Origin: Hemiscyllium ocellatum
Lineage: Eukaryota
NCBI RefSeq assembly: GCF_020745735.1
Contig: NC_083419.1
Coordinates: 55,152,135 to 55,216,134 of the forward strand
Direction: 5' to 3'
DNA: 64,000 nucleotides
The position numbers and the translations under genes are program-made. Below the pieces are notes generated by a model. That model ran no database searches and was not told where the DNA came from. It was given only the letters and a program-made list of their open reading frames with translations. Below are positions 36,294 through 49,627 of this stretch, one piece after another (within the stretch, counting starts at the first letter, position 1; every line of letters begins with the position of its first letter).

Positions 36294-38564
36294 GATGAGA
36301 CATTGTAACATAAATAATAGATTACTATTCGGAGATTCAGTAACCCTTTAGTGGCCATTAGGCTGGAAATATCCTATAATTTTTTTATTCACCTGATCAT
36401 TTATTGTTCATTCCTAGTTTCTTCAGAATAATCTCTCGCTTTCACTGTTGGGGAAAGAGGATAACAGAAACCGATGTTTAATCCTGACACAGGATAATGC
36501 TGGCAGCCAATGGCTCTAATGCACATGGGAAGAGGTTCTGGTGAAAGATCAGTGATCTGGAACCTCAACACTGTTTTTCTCTCTCCACAAACACAGTCTG
36601 ACCTACTGACTATTCACAGTATTTTCTGTTTTTCTTTCAGAGATAGACAATGTACCGTATTTCACTTTTCTTGATGCCAGCAGGTAAAGAAATAGACCAG
36701 CTGAAATCCAACATTTGCACATTACCAAATGTCTCATCAGTGGAGTTTGACAGATCACCTTCCAACTTCATTCATCCAGACGTCTGTCCCTCTCTACAGC
36801 TCATCAACATCATTTGCTGGGGGGTCCTTTAGCAAGAAGGGGATATTGTGGGTAGTCATGACATCATAGTAATGTTACTGGATTAGTAATTCTGAAGTCC
36901 CAGTCTAATGTTCAAATCCCGGTGCGACAGATGGGGAACTTTACGTTCAATAAAAAGTCTGGAATAAACAGCTAGCCAATGACAGCCATTTAACCACTGT
37001 CAATTGTTGTCAAATAACATCAGTTCACTAATGTCGTTTAGGGAAGGAAATCTGGTCGAAATGGTACATCAAGTCCATGGCAATGTGGTCGTGTCTGAAC
37101 TGCCGTCTGGGCAATAAATGTTGGGCCAGCTAGTAACACCCATGTCTGTGAATGAATTGCTCCAAGTCTTTCCTTTGGCAACAACACTAACCTCCTGCAG
37201 TCACTGGCCGTAACTCTGACAGTTCGTGTTGCTGCAGCACGTCACCTGACCTCAGGTGGGAATGGAAACTGTGCTACAACCTCACGAACTTATTGCTCCC
37301 CTTCCCAGAAACGTTGGGTAAATTTATTCTACTTGGAGAAAAATATACAAGTGAATTGATGAGCAATTGTTGAAAAACAAAGTGCCCTTGAAAGGTTAAT
37401 CTAATGCACACTTGATTCTGTAGGATTATAAATGACTTGTTGGGCCAAATGGCCTGTTTCCACACTGTGGAGATTCTATGAAATGAGCCATTTGACACAA
37501 CTATTCCATTCAAGTGGTCACTCTCCACACAACAATATTATGTTTGCTTAAATAGTTAAATTCTGAATTAATTTTAACTTTCCTATATTGATCAGTCCAC
37601 TTATCCTATTCACAGAGATTATCAGTGGCACTCTGTTCAAAGACAATCTGTTCCTACTTATAGGGTTGGTCTTGGTTGGGATGGTTTTAGGGTATGTTAA
37701 GATTAATAAGTAGGAGGTATTATATGCTTTAGCAGCCGTGAAGGTGCAGAAATCCCAAGGGCCTGATGAGATGTATCCCAGGCTGCTGTTGGAGGCAAGG
37801 GAGGAGATTGCTGGTGCCTTGGCGGGGATATTTAATACTTCATTGGCCCTACGTAAAGCACCAGATGACTGCAGGGTAGCTAATGTGGGTTACGTTGTTC
37901 AAGAAGGACAGCAAGGAAAGCCAAGTAATTACAGACCAGTTAGTCTCAGAGAGTGGTAGGAAAATAATTGCAAACATTTCTGAGGGATATGTTTAATCTA
38001 TACTTGGAAAGGCAGGAATCATTCAGGGATAGTCAGCGCAGATTTGTTGGAGGGAGATCTTGTCTAATTAATTTTATAAGGTTTTATGAGAAGGTGACAA
38101 AATATATTGGTAAGGGTAGTGCAGTTGATGTGCTTTACATGGACTACAATAAAGCCTTTCACAAGGTTCCACATGGAAGGCTGGTCCAAAAGGTAAGAGC
38201 ACATGGGCTTCAAGACAAATGGATTCAGAACTGGCTTACAAATAGGAGACAAAGGGTAATGGTGGAGGGTTGTTTCTGTGATTGGAAGCCTGTGACCAGC
38301 GATGTACCCCAAGGATCAATGTTGGGACCCTTGTTTGTTATGTACATTAATGGCTTGGATGTGAATGTAAAAAGTATAATTAAATAGATTTTGATAGTGA
38401 GGAGGATGGTCTCAAGCTACAGTCAGATATTGATCCACTGATAAATTGGGCACAGCAACAACAGATAGAATTTAATCCTGATAAGGTTGAGGTGATGCAT
38501 CTTTGGAGGTCTAATAAATTAGAATGGAATTCAAATTAGATTTTATTGTCACGTACAAAGGACA

Positions 38565-40311
38565 AAAGGTTAACTGGGGAAAGAATGGGGCCCCTCAAAG
38601 ACCATTAAGGCTGCCTTTGTGTGGAGCTGCAGAAAATGGGGGAGATACTAAACGAGTATTTTGCATCGGTATTTACTGTAGAAATGGAAGATACAAAGTA
38701 GCAAAATAGATGGTGACATCTTGAAAAATGCGCATATTACAGAGGAGGAAGTGCTGGATGTCTTGAAACTCATAAAAGTGGATAAATCCCCAGGACCCAA
38801 TCAGGTGTACCCTAGAACTCTGGGAAGCTAAGGAAGTCATTGCTGGGCCTCTTACTAACATAACTGTATCATCGATAGTCATAGGTGAGATGCCGGAAAA
38901 CTGGAGGTTGGTGCCACTGTCTAAGAAAGGTGGTAAGGGAACTATAGACCAGTGAGTCTGGCGTTGGTGGTGGGCAGGTTGTTGGAGGGAATCCTGAGGG
39001 ACAGGATGTACATATATTTGGAAAGGCAAAGACTGATTAGGGATAGTCAACATGGCTTTGTGCATGGGAAATTATGTCTCACAAACTTGAGCTTTTGAAG
39101 AAGTAACAAAGAGGATTGATGAGGACAGAGCGGTAGATGTGATCTATATGGACTTCGGTAAGGCATTCGACAAGGTTCCCCGTGGGGTACTGATTAGCAA
39201 GGTGAAATTTCACGGAATACAGGGAGATGTAGACTTTTGGATACAGAACTGGCTCAAAGGCAGAAGACAGAGGGTGGTGGTGGGGATTTATTTTTCAGGC
39301 TGGCAGCCTGTGACCAGTGGAGTGCCACAAGGATCGGTGCTGGGTCCACTACTTTTTATCATTTATATAAATGATTTGGATGGGAGCATAAGAGGTATAG
39401 TTAGTAAGTTTGCAGATGACACCAAGATTGGAGGTGAAATGGACAGTGAAGAAGGCTACCTCAGATTACAATGGGATCTTGATCAGATGGGCCAATGGGC
39501 TGAGAAGTGGCAGATGGAGTTTAATTTAGATAAATGCGAAGTGCTGCATTTTGGGAAAGCAAATCTTTGCAGGACTTATACACTTTATGGTAAGGAACTA
39601 GGGAGTGTTGCTGAACAAAGACACCTTGGAGTGTAGGTTCATAGCTCCTTGAAAATGGAGTCACAGCTAGATGGGATAGTGAAGAAGGCATTTGGCATGC
39701 TTTCCTTTATTGGTCAGAGTATTGAGTACAGGAGTTGGGAGATCATGTTGCGGCTGTAACAGGACATTGGTTAGGCCACTGTTGGAATATTGCGTGCAAT
39801 TCTGGTCTCCTTCCTATCGGAAAGATGTTGTGAAACTTGAAAGGGTTCAGAAAAGATTTACAAGGATGTTACCAGGGTTGGAGGATTTGAGCTACAGGGA
39901 GAGGTTGAATAAGCTAGGGTTGTTTTCACTCGAGTGTCGGAGGCTGAGGGGTGACCTTATAGAGGTTTACAAAATTATGAGGGGCATGGATAGGATAAAT
40001 AGACAAAGTCTTTTCTCTCGGGTGTGGGAGTCCAGAGCTAGAGGACATAGGTTTAGGGTGAGAGGGGAAAGATATAAAAGAGATCTAAGGGGCAACTTTT
40101 TCATGCAGACGGTGGTAAGTGTATGGAATGAGCTGCTAGAGGAAGTGGTGGAAGTGGTAGAGGCTAGTACAATTGCAACATTTATATTAAAAGGAAGGGT
40201 TTGGTGGGGGGTATGTGCCGGGTGCTGGCAAGTGGGACTGATTGGGTTGGGATATCTGGTCGTAATGAATGAGTTGAACTGCAAGGACTGTTTCCATGCT
40301 GTACATCTCTA
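38565..40311 (+). mobile_element. CR1 (HER1-like) LINE, duplicate of 20080-21870
   Basis: ORFs 39139-39636 and 39692-40399 with RT motifs. Confidence 0.95.
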
Positions 40312-40314
40312 TTT

Positions 40315-40633
40315 AGGGGGCGGCACGGTGGCACAGTGGTTAGCACTGCTGCCTCACAGCGCCGGAGACCTGGGTTCAATTCCTGACTCAGGCGACTGAC
40401 TGTGTGGAGTTTGCACGTTCTCCCCGTGTCTGCGTGGGTTTCCTCCGGGTGCTCCGGTTTCCTCCCACAGTCCAAAGATGTGCAGGTTAAGTGAACTGGC
40501 CAGGACAAATTGCTCGTAGTGTTAGGTAAAGGGGTAATGTAGGGGTATGGGTGGGTTGCGCTTCAGCGGGTCGGTGTGGACTTGTTGGGCCGAAGGGCCT
40601 GTTTCCACACTGTAAATCTAATCTAAAAAAAAA
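40315..40633 (+). mobile_element. HE1 / V-SINE (young), absent from the left arm
   Basis: Inserted in ctctat|gactct; empty site at about 20086. Confidence 0.95.
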
Positions 40634-41075
40634 TGACTCTATGACTCTACAGGGATACAGGACTACAGTGAAAGTGCACCACGTCACCATTCCTGGTACC
40701 ATCTTCAGTACAAAGGTACCCAGGTACAAAACTTTGGATACAAATTAGAAAAGTAAAGAAATAAAGTTAAACGTTCATCATTGTAGCCCTTTTTAAGTGC
40801 TTACCCGTGCTGGGCTCACAGTCTTCACAAGGTTGACCTTTTCTGTGTTGGACTTGCTCTCCCCACACTCCCCTGCTCTCAGATGCTAGAAGGTGTTCCT
40901 CTCTTAATAAGGAAAGATTTTCACAATGTGGTGGGTCCCTGGGGAGTGCAGAGGAACAAACAAACCTTGGCATACAAGTCCATAGATCCCTGAAAGTGTC
41001 AGCACAGATAGACAGTGATGAAGAAGGCATACAGGATACTTGTCCTCATTAGCCAAGGCATAAAATACAAAATAC

Positions 41076-41170
41076 ATTCCTGATGAAGGGCTTATGCCCG
41101 AAACGTCGAATTTCCTATTCCTTGGATGCTGCCTGACCTGCTGTGCTTTAACCAGCAACACATTTTCAAC
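41076..41170 (+). mobile_element. Penelope-derived hammerhead element at the duplication boundary
   Basis: Intact motif at 41076-41111. Confidence 0.85.
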
Positions 41171-42618
41171 AATGAATCTACCACCCTCACTCTCATAATA
41201 GCTGAGTAACACTTCCTTTGGTCAACACAAATACTGTATCAGACCAGGATTCTCTCCATAAGGTCCAAGTACCTCACCTGCATCTCTGAGCTGAACACCA
41301 TTACTGATTTCCAGGATGTGTTTTCTTGTTTTGTTTGTCTGTATTAAATAGGCATTTGATGTTTATATCTGGTTCTTTCAATATCCAAGGGTTGACAAAT
41401 GCAATAACTATTCAAGCCAACTGCAGCATCACTTGATATGGAGAGCTATACGAGGTGATGGCTCTGAAAGGTTTAATGTTGAAGTTACAGTACCTCGACC
41501 CAACCTGTTGATGTTATACAGTCTGGGGTGGTAACCTGGAATTCTCCTCTTTCTTTTGGGAAGGAGCAGATGAATCTGTACTCGTTCCTTAATATCCTGT
41601 AACTACAGCTGACCAAATATAATTGTACTATCATGTAAGAAACTCTCTTGTTATCAAAAAACAGGGCCTTCCGTGGATACTTCATGTTGGTATTTTCTCT
41701 GCCATTAATCATTAGCTAGACCCCAGGCATAGCAAAAGTGAAGGAGGATTAGTGGCAGCAAATGGCCTCAAACAACTCTCACCTGGTGCCACATAATGTC
41801 ATAGGTGGTAAACACCACGGGATACCATGAGTAGTCATCTGGGAAAATACTACTTAGAGACTCCTAGTAAGGAGCTCTGACTGTGTTTTGAGCTGAATTA
41901 AGTGTGGACAGCTCATAGAAAATAGTTTTCCTTCTCAGAACCCCATATTCCTTTATGATCTCCAAGATATGTCAAACCATTACAATCGGGAGAAAACGTT
42001 ACAAAAACTGTTTTCAGACAGTGGAATATTTCAGCCCAGTAAATGTTGAATAACAATTTTCTTCAAGCTTTCGAGACAAAATAAATGGTTATTCATTTGC
42101 TGTCACGTACCCTGAGGATGTTTCTTTCTCACATCTCCCACATACTCTCACACGTGGAAAGATTACACACAGATGAAGCTATTATACCGTTACAGAATGT
42201 AATGATCACCATTTCTTCTGAGGCAAGCCTGAAGTTCCTTATTCAGAGATCTTATTTTACAGTTGAAGGGTTCTCAGCAGCCTTTGAGATTTCTTGTAGC
42301 TGTATTTTGAAACTCTCGATTCTCAGCTGAATTTAAAGTTGGAATGAGGTTTGAAGTCCTTTTCTCTGTTTGGTTCTTGATCTTTGAAAAGGTATTGGTT
42401 GCAATAATTTGGTTACAATGCTTGGATGACCTCCAGCCGGTTTGATAGCTTTCTGATGGAATTCTATCTGCAAAAGCACTTATAGTTGTTTTTTAACTGA
42501 TCAGCAATATACCTTCCTTATCATCTGATCCGTAGAAGTTCGAAGTGTTTTTTTTTCCTGTCTTATTCTTTAACATTTTGAGATACAACCTGTCTAGTTT
42601 GGATGAGGAAAACCATCA

Positions 42619-42963
42619 TAATAGAATCCCTACAGTGTGGAAACAGGTCTTTTGGCCCAACATGTCCATGCCAACCTTCTGAACGGTAACCCATCCAGAC
42701 CCATTCCCCTACCCTATAATCCAATATTTACCCCTGACTAATTCGCCTAACCTACAAATCCACAAACACTATGGGCAATTTAGCATGGCCAAGCCAACTA
42801 TTGTGCTTATCCTTGGACTGTAGGAGGAAACCAGAGCAAACCCACACTGACATAGGGAGAATGTGCAAAATCCACACAGATAGTTACCCGAGGCTGGAAT
42901 CAAACCCAGGTCCCTGGCACTGTGAGGCAACAGTGTTAACCACTGAGCCATCATGCTGTCCCA
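42619..42963 (-). mobile_element. HE1 / V-SINE
   Basis: Full length. Confidence 0.9.
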
Positions 42964-45461
42964 AATAGATGGTCAAGTTAATCTCCCAGATCTAAATCCT
43001 TAAGTTTGGAAAAGGTTACCCTTTCAGCTCCATTCACAGAAACACTGCAGACCTTATAAACCCTAGCCTTTACTGTGGATCTGTCCTTTCTTGCCTTGCA
43101 AAATAAGTGTTGCACTCTCCCCCTCTCCAACCCTAGTAAAGACCTTACCCTATCCTCTTCAATCTAATGCTCACATTTAACCTCAAATATGATACAATCA
43201 TCTTCAGCTGTTTCCTCAATGACCTTTCCTCCATCACAAGATCAGAGATGGAGACATTTGCTTATGATTACACAATGTTCAGCACCACTCACTACTCCTG
43301 AGATCCTGAATCAGCTGGTCTCCTGATGCAGAAAGAATGAACGCTGTCCAGGCTTGGGGCTGGTCAGAGGCATCAGCTTCATGAATTCTCCTTCCCCATT
43401 CTCTCTCAGCTAATCCCTCTACATCCCAAATGGGACTCTCAGCTCCTTTCCTCGTCCTCTATTGCACCATTGCCAAGTTTATCTCTTTTTCTTCGACCCC
43501 TTCTTTTCATTTTCATATTTCCATTAGCATACCTCTTCCTTAATTGGCAGTTCTGTCTTTACTACAATCCAATGCTCCAGTCATACAGTTGTCATTTGTA
43601 GTGAATTCTGCCGTGCTTTCACACCTTCTCTATGCCATATATACTTACTCCCTCAGTGGAGAACTTTTCTAATCAGACCCATTCTGATCTAAGTATAGTC
43701 GCCAATGCATTCTGGTGGTGTTACAGTGAGTTACTAGACTGGCATGAGATCCCAGCTGCATTGTCAGAAGTGCACAACAAAGGCAGAGGCTTGAACAGGA
43801 ATAGGAACACCTCCAGCCACATCTCTTAATCAGCAACACGACCAACAATGGATCAAAGGCTGCAAAGAGAACACGCTCTGTGTAATGCCCTCTACTAATC
43901 TAAAACTGGATTCCATCATGTACTTTGGTGCTTACCAAAGACTGCCAGGCAACCTAATCAACAAAGCCAGTAACAGTGTGTATGCTTATCATCATTCTTT
44001 TGTTTGTGATCCTGATCTGAGTCCTCTCCAGCAGAACTCATCAACAACTTCACCTTCATGTGCACTGGTAAGTAAGTTCTCCTTTCTTCCTAAGCCTGTC
44101 ATACCTGGATGACTGATCAAGTGCTGATTTCAACTTTCTATTGTCTTCACAAAGTGCCTGTATCTGAACTGGTGGCTGTGGTTGTCTGCTCAAGTGCTAT
44201 GATCTCTTCATTTACTCTTCCAGCTTTCTCTCCATATGTTTCTGGGGGTATGTGAAATCAGACTTTCAGAATGGTACGGTTGGTTTGTTGGACTAAGCGT
44301 GGGATAGAAAGCCAGATGTGCATGGCCACCTAATTGGAAATGTGCTCACCATACCAGATAGTTTGTTCAGTGGTGGTTGAAATTGATAAGGCGCGTAAGT
44401 CTGGAATATGCCAACATTTTTAACATCTTCAGATATACGAGTGGTCATGGAGTCTGTCACAGCAAGCCTTATACAACTTATTCACCCACAACAGTTCTGC
44501 TCTGCTCTCTTCTATTGTGTGTGACCTTGTCCTGCAAAGGAGAGGGCAGAATGTCAGTGACTGTGTCACTCTATCCTTGGTTTATGTGGATACTATAGCT
44601 AGAGCTATGTGGAATCAGTGAGAGGTAAGGCTGTCAGTATTGTGCTTGATGGTAGTTGAGGGCAAAGTGGCATACCTGGATATTAGATTTGAGTGCTGAG
44701 TACCTGGGCTTGCTGTTGGCTAAGTGATGGTGGGTGTGGTGCACTGAACAATGCAAAAGTTAGTGAAGTAATTGTTCGGACATGTCATGCATTCAGGAAC
44801 CTTGACCACTCCTTTAAATCATTAGACATTTTGTGGTATTGCTGCTGGTTTCATGGTTCGGAGAGTTGGCTCCATGCTCAGTCTCCTCGGAGGGTTTTCT
44901 TTAATGGGCTTCCTTTAAGGGGCAGCTGGGGGATTTTCACTCCTTCTCCTGTCCCCTGCCCTCTCTTCAAATGCCAATATTTTTGCAGCCATCGCCTCCA
45001 AACCCCTCTGTGCCTTGCCATTCAGTTTTCAATCCACAGCAGCAATAATGTTTAGTGCAGCGAGACTGTTTTCAGGAAGGAACTGAACCACATGATCTCA
45101 GGGAGCATGCTGTTTGCCCCTCCCATTGGACAGTTGGCAATGCAAAAAGGAAGCCAACACCTTGTAACCTATTGGCCTCACAATGTCATGAGGCAAATGA
45201 GAAGCCAGCAGCAATTTTGCACACTGAATTAGCATGGTCAGCTCATGATTCATGAACCGTGCATCGAAAGAAATGAGGCAAGCCTACTTTTAATCCTTCG
45301 GCACAAATGGTTCAGAGCTCTGAAACTGGAGTAGTTATTATATCCAGCAAAATAAAGACCCCGTTAGTTTCTTTAAGGGCCTGCAGTCATGATGATTGAC
45401 GTTGATTTCTCAAAGCCCTCTGCTGTTCCTAAGCAGGTCGGGTGAGTGCCTGTGGGTTATG

Positions 45462-45584
45462 CCTGAAGAAGGGCTCATGCCCGAAACGTCGATTCTCCTG
45501 CTCCTTGGATGCTGCCTGACCTGCTGCGCTTTTCCAGCAACACATTTTCAGCTCTGATCTCCAGCATCTGCAGTCCTCACTTTC
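45462..45584 (+). mobile_element. Penelope-derived hammerhead element (CTGAAGA variant)
   Basis: Degenerate TSD gcctgtNgNttatg at 45448-45461 and 45585-45598. Confidence 0.8.
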
Positions 45585-46386
45585 GCCTGTCGATTATGGT
45601 AAACCAAGTTGCACCATAAATTGGAGACAAAGGTTTTATTCCGGACATAGGCCTAAGGCAATTGTATATGTATCTGGAACCAAGCAGGAAATTTGTGCAG
45701 GAAACATTTTGGGGACATGCATCTTCTACATAAACCTATTTCCTCATGGAATATTAGAATGCTCTTGAAGATTGGTGTTGATTTCACAGATTGAGTTATT
45801 GGTTAAAACTAATTGTGATGTTATAAAGAATGATGTCATCTCATTTAGTTCTTGTGTAGATTTATTTATTTGCTGTAATTGGCTGACTATAAAGCTATTT
45901 ATTCAGCAATCTTGATTACATTTTTAATCCTCTAAGTCCAAAGCCGAGATTGTATTGCAACATATGCGTATGCTGATGACACATATCTCGGCAACATATA
46001 GATCTTTGCAAATCTTGCACAATCATGGCCACAGCATAATTTATTGTTACTTTCCAGTGAACTCATTTGATCACAAGATGGCATCAAGATACAATCTCCG
46101 TTTCCATTGAACTTTATGTAGATTTGTGCCCAACTGCAATCTGTAACTTTGTGAACTTGCATAACCCGCATCATGTCACATTGATCAAACCAAGGGATCA
46201 TCACCAGTTTAATAAAAGTTGTAGAAAGCAATAGCCAGAGCAGTAATAGGCATACCTAGAGATCAGATGGCAACCTGGTTAAGCTCAGAGGATGATATTG
46301 GTCTGAGCTCAGTGCTGATGATGCCACGGGACAATTCAGATCCCAGAATCAAACCTGTCTTAATAGATCGTATTTGAGTGAATGGT

Positions 46387-46506
46387 GGCTTATACCCAAA
46401 ACATCAATTCTCCTGCTCCTCAGATGCTGCCTGCCCTGCTGTGCTTTTCCAGCACCACACTCTGAACATTGATTTCCAGCATCTGCAGTCCTCGCGCTCT
46501 CCTAGT
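46387..46506 (+). mobile_element. Penelope-derived tail, decayed
   Basis: ctcctgctcctcagatgctgcctg..gcatctgcagtcctc. Confidence 0.75.
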
Positions 46507-47971
46507 TGATAGATTTTATGTTTACTTTCATTTTAGTTAATGCAATGGTCAGTCATTGGCACGAGCAAAAGAATAAATGAATAAAACAAGTTAAATATAA
46601 AAGTTCTTAAAAATTTAAAATAAAATTTTATGCTCATTAAACCCAGCCCAAGTCTTGGTTCCCATATCTAGTTGACTGCAGGACAGCGCTGATCAGATTC
46701 GCAGTCCGGGTGAAATATTCAGAGGTTGTAGAGTTTGCTCCTGTCCCTGCAAGTGAACATTTTACCAAATCATTATTTACATCACTACAGATGATAAATG
46801 GCGATTGAGTTGCGTTTGGCATGGAATAATTTGAAAACAAAAATCTTGAGGTTTACAGAACACTGTTTACATGTCAAATTGTCTTTGCCTTGCTCCTACT
46901 ATTTTATTGTGTGTGCAGAATAGCATCAAACTGAAAAGTGAATACCGAGCGATCAACAGCATTGTTTGATTTGCTCTTAGGTAAATTCTCCAAGTTTGTT
47001 TAGCAGGGGGATAATCCAATGTTTCAGATTAGTATTAAACAGCGACTGAGTTAATCTCTATACATAGAGACATGACAGATATGTAAATTTACATAAATCC
47101 ATTAAATCATGTTTTCCCAAATGCATATTTCATACACATTGGAAATGAAGGCTTTTTCTGCAAGCAAATTTGTTAATTTGTGTTCAATAGAAATGCATAT
47201 TAATCAGTCACAAATAAGTTACATATTACCATGTTTGTATTAATCCTTGGAGGACCAAATTGTGTTAGATATAATTAGCTAAGAAAAAGTAAATGAAGGA
47301 ACAAAGTTTCATTTGTTCTGTTGCGAGTCAATGTGATCTCTGCTTGCGTACAAGATTAGGTCTTCTACCAGGAAGCCATTAACTTTCTAAAAGCTTTTAG
47401 TCAGAGTGTCAGCAATTGATTTGATCGGAGAGGGACCTTCTAAATGTTTTCTCTCTGAAGACGTTAGGAGTGGTTCTCATGTATTGCTTCAATGTTAAGC
47501 CATAAAGGCACGAGTCACATTATGGTATTTTCCGGACAACTCCAGGCAGTAAGGAAACTGTCTGCATTGAATCACTTCAAAACACTATTTTTCCTAAATA
47601 TACTTGATCAGTAAGGAAAGAATTGGACTTTTGTCAAAAGCTTTGAGCAGAGAAAGACCTGTTAGTTTTGAGTCAGAGAGGGGGTCTGACTGGGAAGGGT
47701 TTTCTATATTCACTCAGGAAACAGCAAATTGGCCTTTCTCAGCAAGTTCCCTGGCAATGAAATGATTCAAGCTGTTGAGTCAGAGACTTTTCTAACTGAA
47801 GGATCAATACGGTCAAAATGAAACATTAATTAACTTTCTCTCTCCAGAGATGCTGTCTGGCCTCTGAAGAATTTCTAGCATTGTCTGTTTCTATTTCTTC
47901 CCTGTCCCTCTGTCTTAGTTCTTGAGATCCTTATCAAGACCCATCATTTAAAACCCAAGTACCCTTCTTTA

Positions 47972-48320
47972 GCTCGGTGGCTAACATTGCTGTCTCACAG
48001 CACCAGGGACTCAGGTTCAATTCCAGCCCTGGGTGAGTGTCTGTGCTGAGTTTACACATTCTCCCTGTGTTTGTGTGGATGTCCTCCAGGTGCTCTGGTT
48101 TCCTCCCACAACCCAAAGATGGGTAAATTAGGTGGATTGGCCTTGCTAAATTGCCCATTGTCTCCAGGGATGTGCAGGCTAGAGGGATTAGCCATGGAAA
48201 ACCCAGGGTTACAAGGATAGGGTAGGCGAATGGGTCTGGGTGGGATGCTCTTTGGAGGCTTGGTGTGGACTCAGTGGGCCAAATGGCCTGCTTCCACACA
48301 GTAGGGATGCTGTGATTCTT
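47972..48320 (+). mobile_element. HE1 / V-SINE
   Basis: Head, V-domain and tail. Confidence 0.88.
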
Positions 48321-49059
48321 ATAACCACTTTCTGTAACTTGCTTGTGTGCATTTTGTATCTGATTGTGGCTCTTGAAGCTACTTTCCATAAGTAAAAATG
48401 TACTATGTAAATGATAGTTAAATTAAATGGTGTTACATCCTCCAAACTTCCATCATATGACATATTATCTGGAAGCCACTTAAACAACAAAAGGAATTGT
48501 CTAACTATATTTTGTCTTCTTTCCGCCCACTTGCTCAGAAATCTGAACTTCCTGCCCAAAGTATGAGAACACAGATTCAATCATGGCTTTCAAAAGTGAC
48601 TTGGTTCGTGTTATTAAAAACATGTAAGACTTTGTGGAAAAGGCAGGGGAAATGAAAGTATGGTAGTTGCCTGTGCAGATATGATGGGCCTAATGTCCAC
48701 CTCTGTGCCATAATTAATCCATGATCTTCATTAGGCAAAGGCCACATGGGTTTGAGTTCTGGTTTGGACGATTAGGGGAACAGTAGGTACCAACCTCTCC
48801 TTCTGAGTGATATAGTGAATAAGACAATCTTGTTTAATATATGTGAATGAATGTTTCCATCTTGTGCTCGATATCAGTGGCTTTATCAGTTGCAGTTGGA
48901 AAGTTGCAATCCAATCATTACAACCAAGCTCTATAATTAGGAATATGCTCTGTCTCAACATTTTCCACTGTCAGTGACCTCGAGAGTCCTTTGCTCATCA
49001 GGTGTATGGTAAATTTTTACTCCTGATATGATGGAAAGATGGAACATTATAGCTTTGTG

Positions 49060-49627
49060 GACAATTCATATACATTTCAAGAAGGTAGCCTAGACCCTAG
49101 CCTTTTCTTATTTTAAAGGCAGATGTGAAGTGGATATTCCAGGAGTGATGCAGCTGGTCGAACCACAATATTTTAAGCAGAACAGAATTTATTTAAACGC
49201 AACAGTTGAAACACAAAGAAAACAATACAGATTATAGAATAACTTAACTATTTGAAAACTCAACCAACTCAATAGCACAATTTAACTAATGAGGTGTTCG
49301 AATTCCTGTAACATCCCATAAGCACATGTCTTGACAAAAGGCAAATTCAAGCTCAGGTTCTTATAAGCATGAGAGATTTCAGAGAGAGAAGCCAGTCAGG
49401 AATCATCTGCTGAAGCATCGAACCTCTTCATTGCAGCAGCTTCTGTGCCAGTTCCCAGCAACATCTTTGCCACAATTAAACCAAACTAGAAAAGAACCTG
49501 AACTGGGAGAACTGGCCACACTCCTGCCATTGTTAAACTAGGACATTTCAATACCTCTGACCTTATGGCCTCTCTTAAAAAAAACCCTAAGGACAAATAG
49601 CCCTTGTTAAAGTGACAGCATCGTCAC
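49060..49627. mobile_element. Solo LTR, same family as the outer LTR at 25055-26515
   Basis: Shared gatattcc..gatgcagctg..cagaatttattta..ccttgttaaag..gcatc; followed by (CA)n at 49629-49652. Confidence 0.7.

Larger units (their letters stand above)
36117..41168 (-). repeat. Right arm of the inverted segmental duplication, with arm-specific SINE
   Basis: Reverse complement of 19552-24321. Confidence 0.97.

Noticed and set aside
40315-40400. tRNA genes at SINE heads
   Set aside because: A/B-box-like heads run directly into the V-SINE body and do not form a complete cloverleaf
19552-41168. Giant DNA transposon (Polinton or foldback) with 4.8 kb TIRs
   Set aside because: The arms are mosaics of ordinary LINE/SINE debris, there is no shared TSD, and the spacer has no transposase, polB or integrase
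36117-41168. Assembly artefact
   Set aside because: The arms differ by scattered substitutions, indels and an arm-specific SINE; a haplotype mis-join cannot be fully excluded without reads
41900-42560. Decayed gag-like or host coding sequence on the minus strand
   Set aside because: Only a vague resemblance (EEMVIITFCNGI), with multiple stops and no diagnostic motif
47461-47548. Plus-strand coding exon bounded by AG and GT
   Set aside because: Stop codons in all three frames
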